This document shows, piece by piece, positions 40,657 through 50,293 of a stretch of 64,000 nt of DNA. The number at the start of each line of letters is the position of its first letter. Within the stretch, counting starts at the first letter, position 1. The DNA lies in contig CAVXHI010000011.1 in NCBI GenBank assembly GCA_963761655.1, forward strand, positions 544,935 to 608,934, read 5' to 3'. The notes under the pieces are model-generated. The model made no database searches, was not told the DNA's origin, and worked only from the letters and a program-made list of their open reading frames with translations. The translations under genes and the position numbers were made by a program. This DNA comes from an uncultured Actinomycetota bacterium. GTDB taxonomy: Bacteria > Actinomycetota > Actinomycetes > Mycobacteriales > SCTD01.

Positions 40657-42602
40657 GGGCCCTCGCCCTCGCCGCAGCGCTGGTCCTCGCGGGCAGCACC
40701 TCCGCGCACGCGGAGCCCCTGGAGCCCTCTCCCGGCACGCAGACGTTCACGACCGTCGACGCGCTCGTCCCGGTGGTGGACGGCCCGACCGACAGCCACG
40801 CCGCCACGATCGACACCCGGCTGTACGTCCCGAGCGGGGCGACGGCGGCGAAGCCCCAGCCCGCGGTCCTCATGACCAACGGGTTCGGGCTGGACAAGAC
40901 CGCGAACGAGATCACCACGACGGCGACGTTCCTCGCGAAGCACGGCTACGTCGTCCTGACCTACACCGCCCAGGGCTTCGGCGGCTCGTCCGGCTGCGTG
41001 ACCCTGCAGAGCCGCACCTACGACGTCAAGGACGCCCAGCAGCTCATCACCAAGGTGCTGGAGCCCCGGGCGGACGTGAGGAAGGACGCCAAGGGCGCCG
41101 TGGTCGGCACGGTCGGGGGCAGCTACGGCGGCGGCGTCCAGGCGAACCTGGCCGAGAACGACGCCCGCGTCCGGGCGATCGTCCCGGCCCGGACCTGGAG
41201 CTCGCTGCAGTACTCCCTCGACCCCGACAACCGGGTCGTGCCCGGCGACCCCACCGGCTTCACCCAGAGCCTCAACACCCAGGGCGTGTTCAAGCAGCAG
41301 TGGACGTCGCTGTTCTTCGCCAGCGGCAACAGCAACCCGGCCATGGGCAAGGGCAGCTGCCCGCAGGACAAGCTCGCGAGCGGCGACCCCGCCACCGTCG
41401 CCGGGCTGCCCTGCCCCGGCTTCTCCCTCCCCGTCTGCAAGACGTACGCCGACCTGCTCGCCACCGGCGACACCACGGCCGACGACCGCGCCCTGGTCGC
41501 CGACGCGTCCGGGACCACGCAGATCGACCGGCTGGAGGTCCCGACGCTGCTCGTGCAGGGCCAGCGCGACACCCTGTTCACCACCAACGACGCCGTCTCC
41601 ACCTACACCGCGCTGAGGAAGCGGGGCGTCCCGGTGAAGATGATCTGGAACTGGGGCGGCCACGGCGGCTACTCCAGCCGCCCCGGCGAGTGCGAGGCCT
41701 ACGACGGCGCCGCCCGGACCCCGTCGCAGATGGACGCCTGCTACCTGCCGCTGCGCACCCTGGCCTTCCTCGACCAGGCCCTGCGCGGGACGCCCGACCC
41801 CTCCCCCGGCTTCACCTGGTTCCAGGACTGGACGCCCTACGCCGGCAGCGGCCCCGCCGACGAGCAGTACGGCAGCGCGAAGGCCTTCCCCGCCATGCCG
41901 ATGGAGCAGTTCAACCTCTCCCTCGGCAAGGACCTGGTGGCCGGCGGCACCCCCGGGCCCGGGACGGCGTCGTTCGTCAACCCGCCCGGCGGCACGCCCC
42001 AGGCGTACACGGAGACGTCGAACCAGACCGGCCCGGACAGCAGCCCGCAGGTGCCGCTGCCCCCGACCGAGCAGCCGGGGCAGCACGTGGACTTCACGTC
42101 GGCCCCCTTCCCGAAGGGCCTCGTGAGCGTCGGCGTCCCGGAGGCCGTGCTGGAGATGAGCCACACCGCTCCGACGGACCTCGTGTTCTTCGGCAAGGTC
42201 TACGACGTCGGCCCGGACGGCAGCGCCGAGCTGCTGCGCCGGCTGATCTCCCCCGTGCGGGTGCCGGCCTCCGACGTCGGGGAGCCGGTGCGGTTCCACC
42301 TGCAGGGCTTCGCGCACCGGTTCGCCCCGGGCCACCGCGTCCGGCTGACCCTGGCCGCCACCGACGCGACCTCCTACGGCAGCAAGACCCCGGACGCGAT
42401 CACCGTGACCTCGGGAGCGGGCTCGGTGTTCCGGCTGCCCGGCGTCCTGCCCGCGGCACGGGCCGTCAGCGTGCCCCCGGCCCCCAGGCCGGCCGCCGCC
42501 CCCGCCCCGCAGCTGCCGAGGACCGGCGCCTCCGCCCTGGTGCCGCTGGTCGGCGTCGGCCTGCTCGGCGTCGCCCTGGTGCTGCGGCGCCGTCGGGTCT
42601 GA
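40653..42602 (+). CDS. secreted CocE/NonD (S15) family hydrolase paralogue with LPXTG sorting signal
   Basis: GTGA overlap with the upstream stop. Signal peptide ...STSAHA. MTNGFGLDKT, YTAQGFGGSSGC, GGSYGG. C-terminal QLPRTGA, a hydrophobic stretch, then RRRRV. Confidence 0.75.
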   Translation: MRALALAAALVLAGSTSAHAEPLEPSPGTQTFTTVDALVPVVDGPTDSHAATIDTRLYVPSGATAAKPQPAVLMTNGFGLDKTANEITTTATFLAKHGYVVLTYTAQGFGGSSGCVTLQSRTYDVKDAQQLITKVLEPRADVRKDAKGAVVGTVGGSYGGGVQANLAENDARVRAIVPARTWSSLQYSLDPDNRVVPGDPTGFTQSLNTQGVFKQQWTSLFFASGNSNPAMGKGSCPQDKLASGDPATVAGLPCPGFSLPVCKTYADLLATGDTTADDRALVADASGTTQIDRLEVPTLLVQGQRDTLFTTNDAVSTYTALRKRGVPVKMIWNWGGHGGYSSRPGECEAYDGAARTPSQMDACYLPLRTLAFLDQALRGTPDPSPGFTWFQDWTPYAGSGPADEQYGSAKAFPAMPMEQFNLSLGKDLVAGGTPGPGTASFVNPPGGTPQAYTETSNQTGPDSSPQVPLPPTEQPGQHVDFTSAPFPKGLVSVGVPEAVLEMSHTAPTDLVFFGKVYDVGPDGSAELLRRLISPVRVPASDVGEPVRFHLQGFAHRFAPGHRVRLTLAATDATSYGSKTPDAITVTSGAGSVFRLPGVLPAARAVSVPPAPRPAAAPAPQLPRTGASALVPLVGVGLLGVALVLRRRRV

Positions 42603-42605
42603 CGC

Positions 42606-43022
42606 TCAGGCGGCGGGGGCGCCCACGTTCTCGTTGACCCACGCCACGATCGACATCGTGGTGGCGCCCGGGGTGAAGACCTTGGAGACGCCGAGCGCCT
42701 CGAGCTGCGGGATGTCGTCCTCGGGGATGATCCCGCCGCCGAACACGACGACGTCGTCGGCGCCCTGGGCCTCGAGCAGCTCCATGACCCGGGCGAACAG
42801 GGTCATGTGGGCGCCGGACAGCACCGACAGGCCGACGCAGTCGGCGTCCTCCTGCACGACGGTCTCGACGATCTGCTCCGGCGTCTGGTGCAGGCCGGTG
42901 TAGATGACCTCCATGCCGGCGTCGCGCAGGGCGCGGGCCACCACCTTGGCGCCCCGGTCGTGCCCGTCCAGGCCCGGCTTGGCGACCACGATGCGCAGTC
43001 GGCCGGTGGTGGGCGTGGTCAC
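42606..43022 (-). CDS. stand-alone cobalamin (B12)-binding domain protein (methylmalonyl/isobutyryl-CoA mutase small-subunit-like)
   Basis: GTG 43022 is preceded by [40 protein letters not shown] carries the DxHxxG B12-binding motif. 138 aa. Confidence 0.8.
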   Translation of the reverse strand: MTTPTTGRLRIVVAKPGLDGHDRGAKVVARALRDAGMEVIYTGLHQTPEQIVETVVQEDADCVGLSVLSGAHMTLFARVMELLEAQGADDVVVFGGGIIPEDDIPQLEALGVSKVFTPGATTMSIVAWVNENVGAPAA

Positions 43023-43056
43023 GGGAGCCTCCTGCTGCGGGGTGCGCTGACGGTCG

Positions 43057-44442
43057 GTGGGAGAGTACGCGCCCGTGAGCGACCCCTCGGACTGGACCTC
43101 CGCGCTGCTGGACGGCGCCGCCCCGCTGCCCGTCACCGCCGCTCGGCGCCCCTCGCCCTGGCCCGGCTACGTCCCCCGGCCCGCCGTCGCCGTCCACCTG
43201 CTGTCCGGCGAGCGGGCCGTCGCGGCCGTCTGGGACTTCACGGTCTACGGCGGCTCCTTCGGCGAGGACGACGCGACCGCCCTGGTCGAGGCCGCCGCGC
43301 AGGCCCGGACCCGACGGCTCCCCCTGCTCACCGTGGTGCGCTCCGGCGGGACGAGGCTGCAGGAGGGGATGGCGGCCCTGGTCGGCATCCCGCGGGCGCG
43401 GCTGGCCCTGCTCGACCTCGCCGCCGAGGGGCTGTCCCACGTGTCGGTCGCGGACGCCCCGACCACCGGGGGCGTCTGGATCAGCGTCGCGTCGGCCGCG
43501 GACCTCCGGGTGGCCGTCGAGGGGGCGACGGTCGGCTTCGCCGGGCCGCGGGTGGTCGAGGCCGTCACCGGGACCCTCCCCGACGCCGGCAGCCACACCG
43601 CCGCCTCGGCCGCCCGGGCCGGGCTGGTCGACGCCGTCCTGCCCGCCGACGCCGTCCCGGGCTGGGTCGACGCCGTCCTCACCGCCCTGACGCCCGCCCC
43701 GACGCCGGTCGCCCCGCCCGCCCCCTCGCTCGTGCCCGACGTCGTCGGGGGGTGGCAGCAGGTGCAGCGGACCCGCGCCCGCACCCGGTCGGGCGCCGAC
43801 CTTCTCGCCCTGCTCCTGGACGACCGGGTCGACCTCCGGGGCCGGGCCTCCGACCCGACGGTCGCCGCCTGCGTCGGCCGCGTCGCGGGGCGGCCCGCCG
43901 TCGGCGTCGCCCTCGCGGCACAGACCGGCCAGCGGCCGTCCCCCGACGGCTACCGGCTCGCCACGCGGGCCTACCGCCTGGCGGCCCGCCTCGGCCTGCC
44001 GGTGCTCTCGCTGGTCGACACCCCGGGCGCCGAGCCCGGCACCGCCAGCGAGGAGGACGGCATCGCCCCGGCCATGGGTGAGGCCCTCGACGCCCTGCTC
44101 ACCTGTCCGACCCCGACGCTGGCGCTGGTCCACGGCGAGGGCGGCTCGGGCGGGGCGCTCGCCACGGCCGCCTGCGACGTCGTCCTGTGCACCCCCGACA
44201 GCTACTTCGCAGCGATCGGCCCCGAGGGCGCGAGCGCGGCCCTGCGACGCCCGGCGCAGGAGTGCGCCGACCTGCTCCGGCTCACCCCGGCCGACCTGCT
44301 CGCCCTCGGGGCGGTGGACGCCGTCGTCGGGGCGCAGGAGGTCGCGGCGCACCTCGTCGTGCTGCTCGGGCAGGACGCCGGCGCGCGGCGGACGGCCCGG
44401 CGGGAGCGCTGGAGCCGGCCCCTGCCAGGGTCGCTGTCCTGA
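43057..44442 (+). CDS. fused acetyl-CoA carboxylase carboxyltransferase (beta-like N-half, alpha-like C-half)
   Basis: N-half: [10 protein letters not shown] and [12 protein letters not shown]-half: [26 protein letters not shown] and [10 protein letters not shown]. The start is approximate. Confidence 0.7.
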   Translation: MGEYAPVSDPSDWTSALLDGAAPLPVTAARRPSPWPGYVPRPAVAVHLLSGERAVAAVWDFTVYGGSFGEDDATALVEAAAQARTRRLPLLTVVRSGGTRLQEGMAALVGIPRARLALLDLAAEGLSHVSVADAPTTGGVWISVASAADLRVAVEGATVGFAGPRVVEAVTGTLPDAGSHTAASAARAGLVDAVLPADAVPGWVDAVLTALTPAPTPVAPPAPSLVPDVVGGWQQVQRTRARTRSGADLLALLLDDRVDLRGRASDPTVAACVGRVAGRPAVGVALAAQTGQRPSPDGYRLATRAYRLAARLGLPVLSLVDTPGAEPGTASEEDGIAPAMGEALDALLTCPTPTLALVHGEGGSGGALATAACDVVLCTPDSYFAAIGPEGASAALRRPAQECADLLRLTPADLLALGAVDAVVGAQEVAAHLVVLLGQDAGARRTARRERWSRPLPGSLS

Positions 44443-44710
44443 CCGGACGCCGTCTGCGCAAGGGGTCCCGGGTGTGGACAGAGCCACACCCCGACCCTGG
44501 GACGTCGGCAGCCCGCACCTCTACCTTGAGCGTTCCAGGACGCCTCTCGGCCCTCGCGCACTTGTGGCGCAGGGCGGTCTGCGGATAACGTCCTGGTAAC
44601 AGCCCGCTCCTGCACTCCCGGGACCGGGCGCTCTGCACGTGCGACTGCGACCCCGGACGGGGTCCGGAGCCGCGTGCGCCGCCCCGCCAGCTCTCGACGG
44701 AAGACGACGC

Positions 44711-45535
44711 ATGCCTGCCCGCCGCTCGGCCCTGACCCTCGCCCGGTACCAGCCGCGGCACGCTGCCCCGCGCCAGCCGCTCCGTCCCGGCGCCGTGGCC
44801 GTCCCCGCCGTGCTCCTCGCCGCCGGCGGCGGTGCCTTCGCCGGTCTCGCCGGCGTGCCCGCCGTGTCCGCCGAGCCGATGCGGGCCAGCAGCGCCTCGT
44901 CCGTCGTGCAGCTCGCCAGCACCGACCTCAGCGTGACGAGGGCCGGCAGCGCCGTCGACGTCGCCGCCGAGGCCGCGGACCAGCGCGCCGCCCGGGTCCG
45001 GGCCGAGCAGCTCCTGCAGCAGCGGGCCCGCCAGGCTGCGGCCGACCGCGCGACCCGGGCCCGCCGCGCCCTCCTCGACGCGCAGGCCAAGGCCAAGGCC
45101 GTCGCCGCGAAGGAGGCCGCCGTCGCCGCCGCCGAGCGGAAGGCGGCGCTCCGCGAGAGGTACGCGCGGCCGGCCGACGGTCCGCTGACGTCGCCGTTCG
45201 GGCACCGCTGGGGCCGCCTGCACGCCGGCCTGGACTTCGGGGCGCCCTACGGCTCGGCCATCCGCGCGGTCATGGCCGGGACCATCATCGACTCGGGCTA
45301 CAACGCCGGGGGCTACGGGAACTTCGTGCACGTCCTGCACGAGGACGGCGCCGTCACCACCTACAACCACATGAGCCGGATCCTGCGCCGCGGCGGCTCG
45401 GTCGACGCCGGCGACGTCCTGGGCTACATCGGCTCCACCGGCCACTCCACCGGCCCGCACCTGCACTTCGAGGTCCGGATCGACGACGTCCCGATCAACC
45501 CCGCCCCCTGGCTGCGGGCCCGCGGCATCTTCTAG
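44711..45535 (+). CDS. M23 family metallopeptidase (secreted, coiled-coil N-terminal region)
   Basis: HAGLDFGAPYGSAIRA, GNFVHVLHEDG and GSTGHSTGPHLHFEV (HxxxD and HxH motifs). ATG 44711 is in frame with ORF 44639..45535. Confidence 0.85.
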   Translation: MPARRSALTLARYQPRHAAPRQPLRPGAVAVPAVLLAAGGGAFAGLAGVPAVSAEPMRASSASSVVQLASTDLSVTRAGSAVDVAAEAADQRAARVRAEQLLQQRARQAAADRATRARRALLDAQAKAKAVAAKEAAVAAAERKAALRERYARPADGPLTSPFGHRWGRLHAGLDFGAPYGSAIRAVMAGTIIDSGYNAGGYGNFVHVLHEDGAVTTYNHMSRILRRGGSVDAGDVLGYIGSTGHSTGPHLHFEVRIDDVPINPAPWLRARGIF

Positions 45536-45579
45536 CCCGCCCTGTCAGCACCGCGCCGCCCCCACGTCGTCTGACCGGC

Positions 45580-46086
45580 GTGGAGGACGAGCGCGAGCAG
45601 CAGTACCTGGCGTTCGTCGCTGCCCGGGCCGACGGCCTGCGCCGCAGCGCCTTCCTGCTGACCGGCTCGTGGCACGGCGCCGACGACCTCGTCCAAGGCG
45701 CCCTGTTCGCCGGCTACCTCCGCCGGGCCCGCCTCGCCGGGCCCGAGGTGTTCGAGGCCTACGTCCGCAAGGTGCTGCTCAGCCACTTCCTGTCCGCCCG
45801 ACGACGCCGGTGGCGGGGCGAGCAGCCGTACGGCGTGCTGCCCGAGCCGGTGGCCGTGCCCGACCACGCCGCCGCCCACGCGGAGGGCGCGGCGGTGAGG
45901 GAGGCGCTCGCCGGGCTCAGCCCCCGGCAGCGCGCCGTGGTCGCCCTGACCTACTACGACGACCTGCCGCAGGCCGAGGTCGCCGCCCTGCTCGGCTGCT
46001 CCCGCGCCAGCGTCGCCACCCACCTGAGCCGGGGACTGGCCGCGCTGCGGACCGCCCTCGAACCCCTGCCCGAGGAGAGCCGATGA
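45580..46086 (+). CDS. SigE-family ECF RNA polymerase sigma factor
   Basis: EQQYLAFVAARADGLRRSAFLLTGSWHGADDLVQGAL and HTH LPQAEVAALLGCSRASVATHLSRG. GTG 45580. Confidence 0.8.
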   Translation: MEDEREQQYLAFVAARADGLRRSAFLLTGSWHGADDLVQGALFAGYLRRARLAGPEVFEAYVRKVLLSHFLSARRRRWRGEQPYGVLPEPVAVPDHAAAHAEGAAVREALAGLSPRQRAVVALTYYDDLPQAEVAALLGCSRASVATHLSRGLAALRTALEPLPEESR

Positions 46087-47015
46087 ACGACGACGACGTC
46101 CCGGCGGCCCTGCGTCTCGCCGTCGGCGACCCCCCGCCCGCGCCGGACCCCCTGGCCGGTCTGCGGCACGCCGCGCGACGGCGGGCCCGGCGTCGCGCCG
46201 TGCTGGCCCCGGCCGGCGTCGTCGTGCTCGTGCTGGCGCTGGTCGCCGGGGCCGCCGTCCTGCGCCCGAGCCCGGCGCGCGCTCCTGTGGCCGAGCCCGG
46301 CCCCTCCTCCGAGCAGGCGGCGCAGGCCCGCGCCGACGCCCTGGTCGGCGAGGTCGTCCTGCCCGACGGCGCGCGCGAGACCGACGGCCCCGGGTCGCCA
46401 CGCCTCTCCGAGCCCGGCACGACGGTCGGCACCGACTACCAGGTGCGGGCCACCCGCTTCTGGACCCTGCCGATGCCCTTCGCCGCCCTGCTGGACGACC
46501 TGAAGGCCCGCCAGCAGGGGGGACGGTCGGTGAGCAGCACGGGCACCGCCACGGACCGCAGCGGGCCGACGTCGGCGTTCGTCGAGTACGGCGAGCTGCA
46601 GATCAGCCTCGCGCCGCTGGACGACGCCACCACGGCGGTGCGGGCCGACGCGCAGGTGCTGTGGACGCCCGAGCGGTCGGCGTCGGAGCGCGTGCCGGGG
46701 CGGGTCCGGACGGCCGAGGTGACGGCCGGCAGCGGCCTCCCCGCGCAGACCACCCGGTCCGTCGTCGTGCGCGGCGCGCAGGCGCAGCACCTGGCCGACC
46801 TGGTGGACGGCCTGGTCCGCGACACCCGGGGCGTGCACGGCTGCCCGATGGACAGCGGGCGGCGGCGCCGGATCGAGTTCACGACCACGCGCGGCACCGC
46901 CGTCGCCGAAGGGTTCTCCTGCGGCAGCGTGACCCTGACCCTCGACGGCGTGCCGCAGCCTCCGCTCCTGGACGCCCCCGACCTGGACGCCGCGGTCGAG
47001 GCGGCGCTGGGCTAG
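46083..47015 (+). CDS. single-pass membrane protein coupled to the sigma gene (putative anti-sigma-like partner)
   Basis: ATGA overlap. N-terminal about 35 aa, TM VLAPAGVVVLVLALVAGAAVL, then a roughly 250-aa extracytoplasmic domain. Confidence 0.65.
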   Translation: MNDDDVPAALRLAVGDPPPAPDPLAGLRHAARRRARRRAVLAPAGVVVLVLALVAGAAVLRPSPARAPVAEPGPSSEQAAQARADALVGEVVLPDGARETDGPGSPRLSEPGTTVGTDYQVRATRFWTLPMPFAALLDDLKARQQGGRSVSSTGTATDRSGPTSAFVEYGELQISLAPLDDATTAVRADAQVLWTPERSASERVPGRVRTAEVTAGSGLPAQTTRSVVVRGAQAQHLADLVDGLVRDTRGVHGCPMDSGRRRRIEFTTTRGTAVAEGFSCGSVTLTLDGVPQPPLLDAPDLDAAVEAALG

Positions 47016-49291
47016 AGCTTCTCGACCGGGGCGTACCGCAGCAGCAGCCACTTGCTGCCGGTGCCCGCCCCGAAGTCGACCTCGGCCTGGGCCGAGTCGC
47101 CGGCCCCGCGGGTCGCCGTGACGGTGCCGAGCCCGAAGGTGTCGTGGGTGAGCCGGTCGCCGATCTCGAGGTTCGGCACGGCCCGCAGGCCGGGCCCGGC
47201 GGTCCGGCCGCGGGCGGTCCCGGCCAGCCGGTTCGCCGCCGTCGTCAGGGCGGGGGGCGGACCGGACGGCGCGGTGTCGAGGCGTCGCCAGTCGACCAGG
47301 GCCTCGGGGACCTCGTCGAGGAAGCGCGAGGCGGGGTTGTAGGAGGTCTGGCCCCAGGCGCTGCGGACGTGCGCCCGCGAGAGGTACAGCCGCTCGCGGG
47401 CCCGGGTGATGCCGACGTAGGCCAGCCGCCGCTCCTCCTGGAGCTCCTTCTCGTCGCCCAGGGTCCGCAGGTGCGGGAAGACGCCGTCCTCCATCCCGGA
47501 CAGGAACACCACGGGGTACTCGAGGCCCTTGGCGGCGTGCAGGGTCATCAGCGTGACGACGCCGTCGCCCTCGCCGGGGACCGAGTCGGCGTCGGCGACC
47601 AGGGAGACCGACTCGAGCCAGCTGCCGACGTCGCCGTCGGGCACGCGCTCGGAGTACTCGCGCGCGACACCGATGAGCTCGGCCAGGTTCTCCACCCGGG
47701 TCTCGTCCTGCGGGTCGACGCTGGCCGACAGCTCGGCGAGGTACCCGCTCCGGTCGAGCACCGCCTCCAGCACCTCGGCCGGGGGCATCCCGCCGACGAC
47801 GAGGGCCCGCAGGTCGTCCATGAGGTCGGCGAACTGCCTGACGGCGTTGGCGCTGCGCGTGGCCATCCCGGGGACCTCGTCGCACCGGGTCAGGGCCTCG
47901 TGGAAGGCGAGCCGCTCGCGGGACGCGAACGCCTCCAGGCACGCCTCCGCACGGTCCCCGATGCCGCGGCGCGGGGTGTTGATGATCCGGCGCAGGCTGA
48001 CGACGTCGGCCGGGTTGGACAGCACCCGCAGGTAGGCCAGGGCGTCCTTGACCTCCTTGCGCTCGTAGAAGCGCACGCCGCCGATGACCCGGTAGGGCAG
48101 GCCGACCCGGACGAAGACCTCCTCGAACACCCGCGACTGAGCGTTGGTCCGGTAGAAGACGGCGACGTCGGAGGGCTTGACCGTGCCGGCGTCGGTCAGG
48201 CGGTCGACCTCCTCGGCGACGAACGCGGCTTCGTCGTGCTCGTTGTCGGCGACGTAGCCGACGACCTTCTCGCCGTCGCCCGCGTCGGTCCACAGGCGCT
48301 TGTCCTTGCGCCCGGCGTTCTTCTGGATGACGGCGTTGGCGGCCGACAGGATGGTCTGCGTGGACCGGTAGTTCTGCTCGAGCAGGACGACCTCGGCGTC
48401 GGGGTAGTCCTCCTCGAACTGCAGGATGTTGCGGATGTCAGCGCCGCGGAAGGCGTAGATGCTCTGGTCGGCGTCGCCGACGACGCACAGCTCCGCCGGG
48501 CCCAGCCCGTCCACCGGGCCGGTCAGCTCCTTCACGAGCGTGTACTGCGCGTGGTTGGTGTCCTGGTACTCGTCGACCAGGACGTGCCGGAACCGGCGCC
48601 GGTAGTGCTCGGCGACGTCGGGGAAGGCCTGCAGCAGGTTGACGGCCGTCATGATCAGGTCGTCGAAGTCCATGGCGTTGGCCTGCCGCAGCCGCGCCTG
48701 GTAGTTCGCGTAGACCTCGGCGACCTGCCGCTCCTGCTCGTTCGTGGAGCGGTCGCGGGCGGTCTCGTGGTCGACCAGCTCGTTCTTGAGGTCGCTCACC
48801 TGGTTGCTCAGCGAACGGGCCGGGAAGCGCTTGGGGTCGAGGTCGAGGTCGCGGCAGACCAGGGTCATGAGCCGCTGCGCGTCGCTCTGGTCGTAGATCG
48901 AGAACGACGTCGTGAAGCCCAGCTTCTTGGCCTCGGCGCGCAGGATCCGCACGCACGCGGAGTGGAAGGTGCTGACCCACATCGCGTTGGCGCGGCGGCC
49001 GACGAGGGCGGCGACGCGCTCCTTCATCTCGCCGGCGGCCTTGTTGGTGAACGTGATGGCGAGGACCTCGCCGGGCTGCACACCGCGGGCGCCGAGCAGG
49101 TAGGCGATGCGCGTGGTGAGCGCCTTGGTCTTGCCCGAGCCGGCTCCGGCGACGATGAGCAGCGGGGTGCCGGTGTGGGTCACGGCCTGGCGCTGCTGCG
49201 GGTTGAGGCCCTCGAGCAGCCGCTCTGTCGACGCAGCGGGCTTGGCGAGGACCGCGGGAGCGTAGAGGTCGTCGAACAGCATCTCGCTCAC
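47012..49291 (-). CDS. pcrA: ATP-dependent DNA helicase PcrA/UvrD1
   Basis: LLEGLNPQQRQAVTHTGTPLLIVAGAGSGKTKALTTRIAYL, FTNKAAGEMKERV, VLVDEYQDTN, and the C-terminus ...WLLLRYAPVEKL. The start is GTG 49291 or ATG 49282. Confidence 0.95.
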   Translation of the reverse strand: MSEMLFDDLYAPAVLAKPAASTERLLEGLNPQQRQAVTHTGTPLLIVAGAGSGKTKALTTRIAYLLGARGVQPGEVLAITFTNKAAGEMKERVAALVGRRANAMWVSTFHSACVRILRAEAKKLGFTTSFSIYDQSDAQRLMTLVCRDLDLDPKRFPARSLSNQVSDLKNELVDHETARDRSTNEQERQVAEVYANYQARLRQANAMDFDDLIMTAVNLLQAFPDVAEHYRRRFRHVLVDEYQDTNHAQYTLVKELTGPVDGLGPAELCVVGDADQSIYAFRGADIRNILQFEEDYPDAEVVLLEQNYRSTQTILSAANAVIQKNAGRKDKRLWTDAGDGEKVVGYVADNEHDEAAFVAEEVDRLTDAGTVKPSDVAVFYRTNAQSRVFEEVFVRVGLPYRVIGGVRFYERKEVKDALAYLRVLSNPADVVSLRRIINTPRRGIGDRAEACLEAFASRERLAFHEALTRCDEVPGMATRSANAVRQFADLMDDLRALVVGGMPPAEVLEAVLDRSGYLAELSASVDPQDETRVENLAELIGVAREYSERVPDGDVGSWLESVSLVADADSVPGEGDGVVTLMTLHAAKGLEYPVVFLSGMEDGVFPHLRTLGDEKELQEERRLAYVGITRARERLYLSRAHVRSAWGQTSYNPASRFLDEVPEALVDWRRLDTAPSGPPPALTTAANRLAGTARGRTAGPGLRAVPNLEIGDRLTHDTFGLGTVTATRGAGDSAQAEVDFGAGTGSKWLLLRYAPVEKL

Positions 49292-49301
49292 CTGTTCGAG
49301 T

Positions 49302-49520
49302 CTACTTCCGCGACCGCCGGAACAGGCGGTACAGCTGGAGCGCGCCGAGGGCCGCGATCCCGAGCAGCAGCGCCGCCCAGACGTACTCGCCCTGCTGCAC
49401 CCCGTTGATCCCGGCGACCAGCCCGAGCACCAGGGCGACGAGGGCCTGCGCGCTGCCCGGCGGGAACCCGCGCGTGGCAGCACCGCCTCGCACCTCTGGT
49501 CGCCCCGCCATGCCCGTCAT
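49302..49520 (-). CDS. small two-TM membrane protein
   Basis: High third-position GC from about codon 15 onward. Two hydrophobic helices (ALVALVLGLVAGI, WAALLLGIAALGAL). Ends 10 nt upstream of pcrA. The start is uncertain. Confidence 0.55.
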   Translation of the reverse strand: MTGMAGRPEVRGGAATRGFPPGSAQALVALVLGLVAGINGVQQGEYVWAALLLGIAALGALQLYRLFRRSRK

Positions 49521-49534
49521 GGTGTCCTACGCCC

Positions 49535-50272
49535 ATGACCCTGCCTGCCCTGGACCTCACGACGCCGGTGGAGCGCGCCCTCGTGGTCGTCGCCCACCCC
49601 GACGACCTCGACTTCGGCGCCGGCGGCACGATCGCCCGCTGGACGGCCGAGGGCACCGTCGTCAGCTACTGCATCTGCACCGACGGCGACGCCGGAGGCT
49701 TCGACCCGACCGTGCCCCGCGACCAGATCGGGGGCATCCGGCAGGCCGAGCAGCGGGCCGCCGGCAAGGAGCTCGGCGTCGACGACGTGACCTTCCTCGG
49801 CTACCCCGACGGCCGGCTCGAGGTCAGCTTCGACCTGCGCCGCGACATCAGCCGCGTCATCCGGCAGAAGCGCCCGCAGCGGGTCCTCGTGCAGTCGCCG
49901 GAGCGGTCCTACCTGCGCATCGGCGCGTCCCACCCGGACCACCTGGCTGCCGGCGAGGCCGCGCTGTGCGCCGTCTACCCGGACGCCCGCAACCCGTTCA
50001 CCCACACCGAGCTGCTGTCGGAGGAGGGGCTCGAGGCGTGGTCGGCGCCGCAGACCTGGATCATGTCGCCGGGCGACCAGGCCACCCACTGGGTCGACGT
50101 CACCGACACGTTCGACAAGAAGGTCGCGGCCCTGCGGCAGCACGTCTCGCAGACCGAGCACATGACCGACCTCGACGGGATGCTCCGCGGCTGGCTGACC
50201 ATGCAGGCCCAGGCCGGCGGGCTCGGCGAGGGACGGCTGGCCGAGGGCTTCCGGGTCATGGACACCGCCTGA
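49535..50272 (+). CDS. PIG-L (LmbE-like) family deacetylase
   Basis: ALVVVAHPDDLDFGAGGTIA, TDGDAGG and HPDHLAAGEA, the zinc-binding motifs of the PIG-L family. Confidence 0.8.
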   Translation: MTLPALDLTTPVERALVVVAHPDDLDFGAGGTIARWTAEGTVVSYCICTDGDAGGFDPTVPRDQIGGIRQAEQRAAGKELGVDDVTFLGYPDGRLEVSFDLRRDISRVIRQKRPQRVLVQSPERSYLRIGASHPDHLAAGEAALCAVYPDARNPFTHTELLSEEGLEAWSAPQTWIMSPGDQATHWVDVTDTFDKKVAALRQHVSQTEHMTDLDGMLRGWLTMQAQAGGLGEGRLAEGFRVMDTA

Positions 50273-50293
50273 CCGGACCAGCCCGCCCGGGCC

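Noticed and set aside
44649-44664. The hairpin GACCCC-ggac-GGGGTC as an intrinsic terminator in the M23 leader, and small hairpins after sucD (about 36374-36388) and after the anti-sigma-like gene (35750-35763).
   Set aside because: The stems are short (5-6 bp), there is no U-tract, and their stability is marginal. They are not reported as features.
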